Assembly (NCBI GenBank): GCA_040767965.1
Contig: JAXGNR010000004.1
Location: 1 to 64,000, forward strand
Source of the DNA: Atribacterota bacterium
Lineage (GTDB): Bacteria > Atribacterota > Phoenicimicrobiia > Phoenicimicrobiales > Stramentimicrobiaceae
Direction of reading: 5' to 3'
DNA length: 64,000 nucleotides
Made by a program: the position numbers and the translations under genes. Below the pieces are notes generated by a model. It saw nothing but the letters and a program-made list of their open reading frames with translations, did not search any database and was not told where the DNA came from. Positions 1-9,465 of this stretch are shown here, in pieces. Every line of letters starts with the position of its first letter. The stretch's first letter is position 1.

Positions 1-128
1 AGTTTTTGCCTACCAAGTTGTTTTTGAGACATTGGATAATATACCTCTTTATTCATAGTGACATTTTATCAAGATAATTAATAAGGTGACATTATCACAA
101 AATAATCACACAAATTCTATATAATATC

Positions 129-156
129 TTGACAAGAAAAAAATTTTTTGTAAAAT
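129..156 (+). promoter_or_regulatory. Putative sigma70 promoter of ABC operon
   Basis: TTGACA (129-134), 16 nt spacer, TAAAAT (151-156). Confidence 0.55.
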
Positions 157-172
157 ATATTGTTAGGAGAAA

Positions 173-189
173 ATGTGCTAATAGCACAT
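173..189. promoter_or_regulatory. Palindromic operator candidate
   Basis: ATGTGCTA-A-TAGCACAT perfect inverted repeat just downstream of the promoter. Confidence 0.5.
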
Positions 190-293
190 AAAAATTGCAT
201 CTAAAGAATCAGAAAGAAATTCGAAAACAAAAAAAATATAAAAGCCTTAATTTTAGATTATAGAAAAAAATATAAAATTTGGAGGTAACATTT

Positions 294-1556
294 ATGAATC
301 AAAAAATTAAAGGTTTTGTATGTTTTATTCTAATTATTACCGCTTTATTTTTATTGAACTCCTTTTCCTGTTTAGCACAGGTAAACCAAATTACTACAAA
401 AGAGAGGGATTTTCTTATCTACAGTGAATTTTCAGATTTAGTTCTTGAAGAGGGTGCCAGTACTGACCTGGAAGTAAAAATTATTAATACTGGTAACCAA
501 CAAGAAGATATTCGCCTTAGTTTAATTCCTGATCCGGATGCCAGAGATTGGGATATTATTTTGCGTAATAAGAGTTATAAAGGGTATAAAGTAAGACAGG
601 TAAATCTTCTTACCAGGGAACCAGATGATGTTAAGACTCTAAATCTGCATATAGAGGTTCCTGAAAAAATTGAACAAATAAAAGAGGAATATATTTTCAC
701 TATTGAAGCAGAAACTGTTGATGGTCAAATAAAACGAGCCCTTGACATTATGCTTAGTATTACTGAGAAGACAGAAAAAGACATTGAAGAGGAAACTAAT
801 GAAATTCTTTTAAGTACTAAATACCCATCTGTTGAAAGCCATTCCGGGAAAGCAATGAAATATGAAATAGAGGTAAAGAATGAGACTGAGGAAGATCAAA
901 TAATGAATTTTGCAGTTGATATTCCCCAGGGATGGAAAGCTTCTATTAGTCCAAGGTGGAGAGAAGAAGAGAAAATATCTGCAATAAAAATTAATAAAGG
1001 TGTCAGTGAAACTATTCTATTAACAGTTACCCCGCCGTTTTCTGCTGAGAAGGACGAATATTCATTAAAATTTATTGCTCAAGCAGGAGAGCTGCAAAAA
1101 TCTCTTGACTTGGATGCAGTAGTTACTGGAACCTATACTTTAAACCTGGGAACAGAAACAGGAAATCTTAAGCTTTCGGCAATTGCCGGTGAAGAAAAAG
1201 AATATTATTTCTATATTTGGAATGAAGGTTCAGCATCTATAGATAATGTTAGCTTTATAAGCAGTGCTCCCGAAGGATGGGAAGTAAGATTTAATCCGGA
1301 TAAAATTGAAGAATTGCCATCTTTAGCACAATCCCAAAAACCAGAAAAAGTAACCATGACAATTAATGTTCCTCAAAACACGGTACCAGGTGATTACATG
1401 CTGGCCGTTAATGCCAGTGGAACTCAGGATATGAAGAAAATTGACTTTAGAACCAGCGTAAATGTTCCAACAAAATGGGGATGGATTGGTATTGCCATCA
1501 TAGTTATAATACTTGCCATCCTGATTGGTATATTTGTTAAATTGAGACGCAGATAA
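294..1556 (+). CDS. Membrane-anchored Ig-like (NEW3-type) repeat protein associated with ABC transporter
   Basis: GGAGG RBS before ATG 294; signal peptide; repeated 'P.GW' and 'VP.NT.PGDY' beta-sandwich motifs; C-terminal TM plus RRR. Confidence 0.7.
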   Translation: MNQKIKGFVCFILIITALFLLNSFSCLAQVNQITTKERDFLIYSEFSDLVLEEGASTDLEVKIINTGNQQEDIRLSLIPDPDARDWDIILRNKSYKGYKVRQVNLLTREPDDVKTLNLHIEVPEKIEQIKEEYIFTIEAETVDGQIKRALDIMLSITEKTEKDIEEETNEILLSTKYPSVESHSGKAMKYEIEVKNETEEDQIMNFAVDIPQGWKASISPRWREEEKISAIKINKGVSETILLTVTPPFSAEKDEYSLKFIAQAGELQKSLDLDAVVTGTYTLNLGTETGNLKLSAIAGEEKEYYFYIWNEGSASIDNVSFISSAPEGWEVRFNPDKIEELPSLAQSQKPEKVTMTINVPQNTVPGDYMLAVNASGTQDMKKIDFRTSVNVPTKWGWIGIAIIVIILAILIGIFVKLRRR

Positions 1557-1587
1557 TCATTAGAAAAAAATTATAAGGGGCGCAGAA

Positions 1588-2445
1588 ATGAATAATATTC
1601 AAACTGTTTTGGAAACAAAACAACTAACCAAAAAGTATAATGGAACGCCGGTGGTAAATAATTTAAATTTGAAAATTAACCAGGGTGAAATATTTGGGTT
1701 TCTGGGGCCTAATGGTGCTGGAAAGACAACTACTATATTGATGATATTGGGCTTGACTGAGCCAAACACTGGAGAAATAAGTGTCTTTGGTTATAATTCA
1801 ACAAAAGAACCTTTACAGGTTAAGAGGATTACCAGTTATCTTCCGGAAAATGTAGGATTTTATGAAGATATGACTGCTTTTGAAAATTTATCATATATTG
1901 CCCGATTAAATCATATTCCTGAAAAAGAAGCAAAAAATAATATAGATGAAGTACTAAGTTTAGTAGGGTTAAAAGATGTAACAAATGTTGAAGTTAGCAA
2001 ATTTTCCAAGGGTATGAAACAAAGGCTGGGGATTGGGACGGTATTTATAAAAAAGCCCAAACTGGTAATTTTGGATGAACCTACGACAGGAATTGATCCC
2101 AAAGGTGTAGAGGAAATTTTGAACCTTATAACTAAAATAAATAAAGAAGAGAATATTACCATATTTCTTTGCTCTCATTTGCTTTACCAGGTTCAGAAAA
2201 TATGTAGCAAGATTGGTATTTTTTCCAAAGGGAAAATGGTTGCAAATGGTTCACTGGAAGAAATAAGCAAAGAAATATTACCTGAAAAGAGTAATAGATT
2301 GGAAATTAGCTACCAGGAAGGCAAAGACGTTCCCAGATTAATTCAGGATATTCAAAAAATCGATGGTGTTTTAAAGGTCGAAAAAAAGGCAAAAGAACTC
2401 TCGTTGGAGCAAATTTATACAAAATATTTTAGGGAGGAATCTTAA
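1588..2445 (+). CDS. ABC transporter ATP-binding protein
   Basis: GPNGAGKT Walker A, FSKGMKQR signature, LDEPT Walker B. Confidence 0.95.
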   Translation: MNNIQTVLETKQLTKKYNGTPVVNNLNLKINQGEIFGFLGPNGAGKTTTILMILGLTEPNTGEISVFGYNSTKEPLQVKRITSYLPENVGFYEDMTAFENLSYIARLNHIPEKEAKNNIDEVLSLVGLKDVTNVEVSKFSKGMKQRLGIGTVFIKKPKLVILDEPTTGIDPKGVEEILNLITKINKEENITIFLCSHLLYQVQKICSKIGIFSKGKMVANGSLEEISKEILPEKSNRLEISYQEGKDVPRLIQDIQKIDGVLKVEKKAKELSLEQIYTKYFREES

Positions 2446-2447
2446 TC

Positions 2448-3389
2448 ATGTCTGGTTTAAGTATTATTTATTGGAAAGAGCTGGCTGATTACCTGGGAAG
2501 TAAAAAGTTCATAATAATATTTTTGATTGTTGCCTTGACAGCTGGTTCGATTATTTATATTTTAGGTCAAAATATCAGTAATGATGTGACTCAATTTACT
2601 GGTGAGAATCTTTTTCTGAAATTATTTACATTTTCAGGCGGAACACTTCCTTCCTTTATTTTCTTTGTAAGTTTTTTTGGACCATTAATTGGAATCATAT
2701 TTGGATTTGATGCCATTAATAGCGAGAGAACAAGCGGAACAATGAGCACTGTGCTATCACAGCCAGTATACCGTGATGCCTTGATTAATGGAAAATTTCT
2801 TGCTGGTTTAACTACTATTGCGGTTATGCTTATGAGTATAATAGCAATAATCTTTGGATTAGAATTGATTGTATTTGGAATAATTCCTAGTGTACACGAA
2901 TTAGTCAGGATTGGATTATTCTTTTTGATGAGTATTGTTTATATTGGTTTTTGGATGGGGCTGGGAATCTTATTCTCGATTATTTTTAAACAAACAGCTA
3001 CTTCAGCACTGATTTCGATTATGGTATGGATATTTTTCACATTTTTTATTCTAATGGTAGCAAATGTTATTGCTGATCAGGTTGCTCCAATCGGACAGGA
3101 TGCATCACTGGTGGTAATTGCGAAAAACGAAGATGTGAAAAGTATGATTTTGCGAATTTCGCCTTTAATATTATTTCAGGAGAGCACTACTGCTATTTTG
3201 AATCCATCAGTGCGATTTTTTGGAATAGCATCGGCTTTAAGAAGTTCGGAGGTAATACCAAGCCCACTTAGTATCGGGCAGAGCTTATTAGTAGTATGGC
3301 CGCAATTTGTTGCATTGATAGCCCTAACGTTGATTTGTTTTGCAATTTCTTATGTGGTATTCATGCGTCAGGAGATCCGCTCTACTTAA
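2448..3389 (+). CDS. ABC-2 type permease
   Basis: Multiple TM helices, 'ERTSGT...GKF' motif, operon context. Confidence 0.9.
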   Translation: MSGLSIIYWKELADYLGSKKFIIIFLIVALTAGSIIYILGQNISNDVTQFTGENLFLKLFTFSGGTLPSFIFFVSFFGPLIGIIFGFDAINSERTSGTMSTVLSQPVYRDALINGKFLAGLTTIAVMLMSIIAIIFGLELIVFGIIPSVHELVRIGLFFLMSIVYIGFWMGLGILFSIIFKQTATSALISIMVWIFFTFFILMVANVIADQVAPIGQDASLVVIAKNEDVKSMILRISPLILFQESTTAILNPSVRFFGIASALRSSEVIPSPLSIGQSLLVVWPQFVALIALTLICFAISYVVFMRQEIRST

Positions 3390-3651
3390 GGATAATTAAT
3401 TATAATATTTGCCTTTTTTTGATAAGAATTGAAGAGGTTTAGTTTTGAATAGATTGTTAGTCTCTTTAATTCTTATTTTTTATTTAACCATGAGGAAAAT
3501 TGGGGTCAGCCTGTCAATATTTGACATTCAAACTAGAGGAATAAAAAACATAGTGGCGCGGATCCTTTTTATTGATATTATCATTCAATATCCACTATTT
3601 TTGGTAGGATTAATACTATACCGAAAAGAGCAAGAAAGAAAAGTAAAACAG

Positions 3652-3750
3652 ATGAGTAATCATATTTATCTGCTCATAAAAGAGGGAAATGAAGCAATGG
3701 GGAATACTTTCCGCAGAATTGGTGTCAGCCCCAAGAAGTATTATAATTAA
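3652..3750 (+). pseudogene. Remnant of RAYT/IS200-like (Y1 HUH) transposase
   Basis: MSNHIYLLIKEGNEAMGNTFRRIGVS..YYN resembles the MxNHxHLL...YxxxYN core of REP-associated tyrosine transposases; HUH decayed to HIY. Confidence 0.65.
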
Positions 3751-3809
3751 TTCAACAAGGTAACAAATTAACTAAGCCATCAATCCTCCGATCCGCGTAA
3801 AAAGAGATT

Positions 3810-3845
3810 TTGACAAAGTATGATCATTATCATATTATTATCATA
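3810..3845 (+). promoter_or_regulatory. Promoter/operator of RHH-MazF TA operon
   Basis: TTGACA 3810-3815, 17 nt, TATTAT 3833-3838, overlapped by ATGAT/ATCAT repeats. Confidence 0.6.
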
Positions 3846-3881
3846 ACAATATAAATAGCCTAGCACAGGAGGTCTTATTTT

Positions 3882-4130
3882 ATGAAAAATGTACGATTTA
3901 CAATCACCCTGGATGAAGACAATTTTAAAAAATTAGAGGATGAAAAGAAAAAAAGAAGAAGTAATAGAAGTAAGTTATTACAGGAAATGATTCAATATTT
4001 TTTTGAGAAAAAAACTGAAGAAGAAAAAATTCAGAAATATATTGAAGGCTACCAAAAAAATCCTGAAAAGACTGATAAAGTTGCAGAATTGGAAAAAGAA
4101 CAATATAAGGTGTTAGATAATGAATTTTAA
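3882..4130 (+). CDS. Ribbon-helix-helix (CopG-like) antitoxin
   Basis: N-terminal RFTITL strand plus 'NRSKLLQE'; GGAGG RBS; overlaps the toxin ORF. Confidence 0.8.
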   Translation: MKNVRFTITLDEDNFKKLEDEKKKRRSNRSKLLQEMIQYFFEKKTEEEKIQKYIEGYQKNPEKTDKVAELEKEQYKVLDNEF

Positions 4131-4446
4131 TACAATGGAAAAAGGTGATATATGGTGGGCAAATCTACCTGAACCTATTGGGAGAAGGCCTGTTGCTTTA
4201 TTATCTAGAAATGAGGCTTACAAGGTTCGTAATTCTATTACGGTGGCAGAAGTTACTTCAACAATCAGAGATATCCCGGTAGAAGTAAGATTGGGTAAAA
4301 GAGAAAATATGCCCAAAGAATGCGTTGTTAATCTGGATACCATCATTACGATCAGGAAAGAATTGCTGGATGAAAAGATTATCCACTTAAATCCAACAAA
4401 GATAGCTGAAATTAATAAAGCGATTAAATTTGCTCTGGATTTGTAG
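4120..4446 (+). CDS. mazF: PemK/MazF family endoribonuclease toxin (start may be ATG 4135)
   Basis: 'KGDIWWANL...RRPVALLS' and 'TSTIRDIPVEV' motifs. Confidence 0.88.
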   Translation: MNFNTMEKGDIWWANLPEPIGRRPVALLSRNEAYKVRNSITVAEVTSTIRDIPVEVRLGKRENMPKECVVNLDTIITIRKELLDEKIIHLNPTKIAEINKAIKFALDL

Positions 4447-4479
4447 AAAGAGAGTATCTGACCCCAGACTTACTGATGC

Positions 4480-4510
4480 TTGACAATACTAAACATTTAC
4501 GTTAGTATTA
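4480..4510 (+). promoter_or_regulatory. Promoter with palindromic operator for higBA, likely leaderless
   Basis: TTGACA 4480-4485, 17 nt, TAGTAT 4503-4508; AATACTAA..TTAGTATT inverted repeat; ATG at 4515 with no RBS. Confidence 0.65.
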
Positions 4511-4514
4511 ATTT

Positions 4515-4796
4515 ATGATCCTAAGATTTGCTTCAAAAGAAACTGAAAAAATTTGGAATGGTTTCAAATCGTTAAAACTTCCTCATGATATCCAAATTAC
4601 AGCAAGAAGGAAGTTAAGGATGTTGAATAATGCCAGAGATTTGAACGATTTGCGAATACCACCAAATAATAGGTTAGAAGCTTTAAAAGGAAAAAGAGAG
4701 GGCTTGTATAGCATAAGAATTAATTCGCAATGGAGAATATGTTTTCAGTTGGAAAATGGAAACACAACCAAAGTTGAGATAATTGATTACCATTGA
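4515..4796 (+). CDS. higB: HigB (RelE-superfamily) toxin
   Basis: 'DLRIPPNNRLEALKG.R.G.YSIRINSQWRICF...EIIDYH'. Confidence 0.93.
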   Translation: MILRFASKETEKIWNGFKSLKLPHDIQITARRKLRMLNNARDLNDLRIPPNNRLEALKGKREGLYSIRINSQWRICFQLENGNTTKVEIIDYH

Positions 4797-4802
4797 TAAG
4801 AG

Positions 4803-5105
4803 GTGAAGAAAATGGAAAGATTACCTAATATACATCCAGGAGAAATATTGAAAGAAGAATTTTTAGATCCTTTCGGGATAAGTGCTTATAGATTATCTAA
4901 GGAGATAAGAATACCTCAAACACGGATATCACAGATAATTAAAGGGAAAAGAAGAATAACAGCAGATACAGCATTGAGATTGTCAGAGTTTTTCGGCAAT
5001 TCTCCACAGTTCTGGATGGGTATCCAAAACGATTATGATTTAGAGGAAGAAAGAATAAATATAGAAGAGGAATTGAAGGATATAACCAGAGTAAAAGCAT
5101 CATAA
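4803..5105 (+). CDS. higA: HigA antitoxin (HTH)
   Basis: 'IHPGEILKEEFL...ITADTALRLSEFFGNSPQFW'. Confidence 0.93.
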   Translation: MKKMERLPNIHPGEILKEEFLDPFGISAYRLSKEIRIPQTRISQIIKGKRRITADTALRLSEFFGNSPQFWMGIQNDYDLEEERINIEEELKDITRVKAS

Positions 5106-5170
5106 TGATAAAGGGGACGGTTGTTCATATCAGAAAAATAATAGGGGTCTATAATTGAAAAATAACATTC
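5106..5170 (+). repeat. REP-like unit (TGATA-core GGGGACGGTTGTTC-TATCA) plus tail
   Basis: About 55 bp similar to 8541-8596; 17 bp core occurs inverted at 9412-9428 with 1 mismatch. Confidence 0.7.
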
Positions 5171-5337
5171 AACTATACGATGGTATCTAATTCCCATACT
5201 TCCTCTTGTTAGAAATGACTTTTTCAGGGTGGAATTTGGGTTTTGGCAAGGGGAAAACTAGTACCTTTTTAGAGTAATTTTGTTAATATTTTAGTATAAT
5301 TAAATATATCCTTATTAACAAGATGGGGTAAAATAAA

Positions 5338-6159
5338 ATGCTCGAAATACCTGAAAGTAACACTATTGCCAGGCAGTTAAATGATACAGTTTGTTGTAAA
5401 ATTATCTGTAATGTTGTTACTAACAATTCTCCCCATAAATTTGCTTTCTATCATGGCGATTTGGCATATTATAAGACACTCCTTTCCGGGCAGATTATCG
5501 GAGAAAGTGTAGGCATGGGGGCAATGGTAGAGATTTCTATTGGTGACCGGCGTATTGTTTTTGGCGATGGCGCTAACCTTCGTTATTTAGAGGACACTGA
5601 TCAGGTGCCATCAAAGCACCAGCTTTTACTTGAATTTACTGATGGAAGCCTATTAGTCTGTTCGATTCAGATGTATGGTACTATTCTGGCCTTCATTGAG
5701 GGAACTCTTGATAATAAATACTATCTTATTGCCAGAGAAAAGCCTTTCCCTCTTTCTTATAGTTTTGATATGGCATATTTTGATATGTTAAGGACCAGAG
5801 AATCGGACAAACTTTCAGCTAAAGCCTTCCTTGCAACACAGCAACGAATTCCTGGACTGGGTAATGGCGTACTTCAGGATATACTTTTTCATGCCGGTAT
5901 TCATCCAAAACGCAAAATGGCCACAATTTCTGAAAAGGAATATGCCAGCATGTTTCATTCAGTAAAAGATACACTTATAGAAATGACCAGGCTTGCAGGA
6001 CGTGATACCGAAAAGGATTTATTTGGCAGAGTAGGTGGATATAAGACACTGCTCAGTAAAAATACGTGTGGCAAGCCCTGCCCAAAATGCGGTACATAGA
6101 TTCAAAAAGCTCCTTATTTAGGTGGTGCAATTTACTGGTGTCCTTCCTGCCAGATATAG
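5338..6159 (+). CDS. Fpg/Nei-family DNA glycosylase (endonuclease VIII-like), interrupted by in-frame TAG at 6097-6099
   Basis: M(L)EIPE N-terminus, H2TH 'IPGLGNG', zinc finger CPKC...CPSCQ only complete if TAG is read through to 6159. Confidence 0.8.
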
Positions 6160-6167
6160 GGTAATTT

Positions 6168-6542
6168 ATGAAATACATTTGTCCGTTAATTGTAGTAGAA
6201 AATGTAAATCGCTCAAGATTTTTATATGAAAAAATATTAAAACAAAAGGTGAAGGCAGACTATGGAGAAAATGTAGTCTTTGAAGGAGATTTTGCTATTC
6301 ACCAAAAGGCGCATTTTCAATCATTAATTAATCATTATCCCATCAAAAGATATTCTCATAATTTTGAGCTCTATTTTGAAGAAGAAAATCTGGAAGAGAT
6401 AGAAAAAATCTTAAAAGAGAATGATTTGGAATTTATCCATCAAATCAAAGAACAGCCCTGGAAGCAAAAAGTTTTAAGATTTTATGATTATGATAAGAAT
6501 ATCGTAGAAATTGGTGAGCCGATTAAACTGATTACAAAATAA
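6168..6542 (+). CDS. VOC/glyoxalase family protein
   Basis: 'ELYFEE', 'EQPWKQKVLRFYDYDKNIVEIGE'. Confidence 0.85.
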   Translation: MKYICPLIVVENVNRSRFLYEKILKQKVKADYGENVVFEGDFAIHQKAHFQSLINHYPIKRYSHNFELYFEEENLEEIEKILKENDLEFIHQIKEQPWKQKVLRFYDYDKNIVEIGEPIKLITK

Positions 6543-6673
6543 GGCTGTAAGTTTGACTCAATATTTTTTTGATTAAAGATAAGGAGTCTTGTGAGAGTTA
6601 GTGGCCAGATACAGTCTTCAAAATCAACCCAAAACTCTCCTTTAAACAAAATTCATTTTATTATATTAACTAT

Positions 6674-6707
6674 TTAATGATACAAGGTACGTTCTCTGTA
6701 TCATTAA
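6674..6707. repeat. REP-like hairpin
   Basis: TTAATGATACA-aggtacgttctc-TGTATCATTAA perfect 11 bp arms, loop resembles the GGGGACGGTT core. Confidence 0.65.
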
Positions 6708-7139
6708 TAAATACTGGTTGTGGCTTGAATTACCAGTTTCCCTATTTCAACACATCTTGTCATTCCTCAGCTGTTTTTTTATCTGTATCAATTTGCAGTG
6801 CTTCCATCTTGGACAGGTCATTATTCTATGATTTCAACAATGACTTTATGATTAATTTATAAATTATATTGGTAATTGTTCTCTGTTTAATGTTAAAAGG
6901 GTAATTATTTTCTATTAATTTCTATTACAATTATTTATAATGAAAATAAAAATATAGGAGATGATGTAGAAGTAAAATTACTTTCCCCTGGGGAGTTCTG
7001 AGCATTATAGAAGATAATGGAAGATATCCCAGATATAATTGAGAAGTTTCCCAAAGATGGAGTAATAAGAAAAAAGAAAAAAGTAAGTAATCCTTTTTAT
7101 TTCAGTTTAATTTTTAACGGAAATAAAGAAAGGGGAAAT

Positions 7140-7943
7140 ATGTTTGGAAATATCAAGGAAGGCAATATTCTGATTGGTGATAGTGAAATGCAATATGTTG
7201 TCTTTGGAAAAGGTGATAGATCTCTTGTCATTATACCCGGACTTTCAGATGGAATCAGGACGGTGAAAGGTACAAAGCTGATTTTATGGCAGCAATTTCG
7301 AAAGTTTGCCATAGGTTATAAAGTCTGGGTTTTTAGTCGTAAAAATAAATTAAAACCACAGATGACAACCAGAGAAATGGCTGAGGAACAAGCCCTGGCA
7401 ATGGACAAACTTGGGATAAACAAAGCTTGTATTATGGGAATATCACAGGGAGGCATGATTGCACAATGGATGGCTATTGACTATTCTCAAAAAGTTGACA
7501 AAATGATTCTTGTTGTGACGATTTCCAGAGCAAACAATACAATACAAAGCGTTATTGGTCATTGGATTTATTTAGCAGAAAAGGAAGAGTATGATAAATT
7601 AGCCATTGATAACCTGGAAAAAAACTATAGCGAAAAAAATATAAAAAAAATACGCCCTTTTTTCCTATTTGCAAAGAAATCAATTAAACCGGTTTCCAAA
7701 GAGCGTTTTATTATTCAGGCAATCTCCTGTCTTACTCATAATGCCTACCGGGAATTAAAGGGGATAAAATGTCCCACCTTAGTCATTGGCGGGGGTGCAG
7801 ATAAAATTATCGGAGGAGTCGAGTCACAACAGGAAATGGCTGATGCTATATCCGGGAGCAAAATAATTATATATCCCGAACTTGGACACGATGCTTATAC
7901 AAAAAAAGATTTTCACCAGATTGTGCTGGATTTTTTAAGATAA
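7140..7943 (+). CDS. Alpha/beta hydrolase
   Basis: GISQGG nucleophile motif, late Asp and 'LGH' His; AGGGG RBS before ATG 7140 (ORF extends to 7017). Confidence 0.85.
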   Translation: MFGNIKEGNILIGDSEMQYVVFGKGDRSLVIIPGLSDGIRTVKGTKLILWQQFRKFAIGYKVWVFSRKNKLKPQMTTREMAEEQALAMDKLGINKACIMGISQGGMIAQWMAIDYSQKVDKMILVVTISRANNTIQSVIGHWIYLAEKEEYDKLAIDNLEKNYSEKNIKKIRPFFLFAKKSIKPVSKERFIIQAISCLTHNAYRELKGIKCPTLVIGGGADKIIGGVESQQEMADAISGSKIIIYPELGHDAYTKKDFHQIVLDFLR

Positions 7944-8108
7944 AATTATTTTTATTCGCCATATATCAATTTGAAAGTTTTGTATTTATGAAAAGAATAA
8001 AGGGCAATCTTTGTTGTTCTATATAAAATCTTTCAGGAGTGACAAATGTAAATTTTTTGCTAATTAATAAAGTAGAATAGAATCAAGAAATAGAGAGGAA
8101 GGTATGTT

Positions 8109-8534
8109 ATGAAAAAAATATTAACCTTGTTGTTTTTATTATTTTGCTCGATGAATATTTTTGCCGAACCTTTGAATGTAACAATAGAGATTAGTGAAGT
8201 ACTACCTAATAAGGGACAACTAATTATTGCTATTTATAATTCCCAAAAAAATTATAAAGATAACATACCATTTAAAGAATTGAAAGCTGATTCCTCTTCT
8301 GATGTGGTATTTATCAATGAAACTCTGCCAAGTGGTGATTATGTGGTTTCAATTTTTCAGGATAAAAATGGAAATGGAAAGCTGGATACCCGTTTTAGTA
8401 TACCCAAGGAACCGATAGGGTTAACCAATTATTACAGAAAATCAATCCCAGGAGGATGGAAAAAACTAAAGGTAGAAATTAATAAAGATAATAATTATAT
8501 TAAGATAAAAATGATCCATTTTGGCGGCAAATAA
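8109..8534 (+). CDS. Secreted DUF2141-like protein
   Basis: Signal peptide; 'LPSGDYVVSIFQDKNGNGKLD...IPKEPIG'. Confidence 0.8.
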   Translation: MKKILTLLFLLFCSMNIFAEPLNVTIEISEVLPNKGQLIIAIYNSQKNYKDNIPFKELKADSSSDVVFINETLPSGDYVVSIFQDKNGNGKLDTRFSIPKEPIGLTNYYRKSIPGGWKKLKVEINKDNNYIKIKMIHFGGK

Positions 8535-8540
8535 TAAAAC

Positions 8541-8596
8541 AGAGGACTGTTGTTCGTATCATGAAAAATAAATAGGTCTATGATTGAAAAATCATT
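8541..8596 (+). repeat. REP-like unit, diverged copy of 5112-5170
   Basis: AGAGGACTGTTGTTCGTATCATGAAAAATAAATAGGTCTATGATTGAAAAAT. Confidence 0.65.
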
Positions 8597-8896
8597 TTTA
8601 CCATCTATTCACAGCTCATTTTCCCATCATCTAGTTGTTTCTTAATTCTCCGTGCTACTTTAGTGATTTCCGCCCGGGTTGGGTACTTACCCAAATTATT
8701 GTATAGTATTTGGCCATTAGTATTTGTAATTTAGTGAGAAATAGAATGGAAGCTTGCAATGACATGGCTGAGCTGGAGATAGATAAGAATATTTTTAAAC
8801 TGCAAAAGAATTATTTTAATAAAAATCATCTGTTCTCTTTTGTATTTTTTTATTATAATAAATTAGTTATTTTATTTAAGGAACAGGAGTTTTATC

Positions 8897-9379
8897 ATGA
8901 ATCAAAAAAGCTTTTATCTTTCTATCTTTTTGATATTTGTTTTGCTTTTATCCGGTTGTGATTCTATTATTGTTGGTAATACTGAGATAGATATAGAGTT
9001 AGAAACCAGGAGAGTTGAAGATGTAGTAAAGGGTTTTTGGAAGGCAATTGATGAGCAAGACGGGTGGAGAGCATATTGGTATTGCAGTGAAAATGGTTAT
9101 AAACAATTTGTCGAACCATATTTTGATAATCTAATTGTGCTTAAACAAATATGTCCAAATCTAATTGTTGATGTATATTCGGTTATTAATGATATATCTT
9201 TTGAATGGGATAAGTTAGGTAATCCCAGGGCAATAGTAGATGTTCAAGTTAATAGAATTGTTATGGGCTGTGGTGAAAATAACAGCACGAAAGCTGAATT
9301 TGGGACCATGGAATTATCATATTATGGCGGAGCTGCTGATGTGTGGTGGATAGTGGATAAAGTAGATATAGATCTTTAA
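8897..9379 (+). CDS. Hypothetical lipoprotein
   Basis: AGGAG RBS; lipobox LLSGC. Confidence 0.7.
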   Translation: MNQKSFYLSIFLIFVLLLSGCDSIIVGNTEIDIELETRRVEDVVKGFWKAIDEQDGWRAYWYCSENGYKQFVEPYFDNLIVLKQICPNLIVDVYSVINDISFEWDKLGNPRAIVDVQVNRIVMGCGENNSTKAEFGTMELSYYGGAADVWWIVDKVDIDL

Positions 9380-9411
9380 ATAGAAACCAAAAAATTACTT
9401 AATTACTGAGC

Positions 9412-9428
9412 ATGAATAACCGTCCCCT
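9412..9428 (-). repeat. REP-like core, inverted
   Basis: ATGAATAACCGTCCCCT is the reverse complement of 5112-5128 with one mismatch. Confidence 0.7.
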
Positions 9429-9465
9429 ATAATAAAATTAAAAAAGGTTAATTTTTAAGAAACAA

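Noticed and set aside
3445-3750. 101 aa ORF as a real gene
   Set aside because: No RBS; it spans a repeat end, and only its last third resembles a transposase fragment.
6677-6862. 61 aa ORF (also 8710-8961 and 15546-15764)
   Set aside because: They lie in repeat or remnant spacers, lack RBS and motifs, and are probably spurious.
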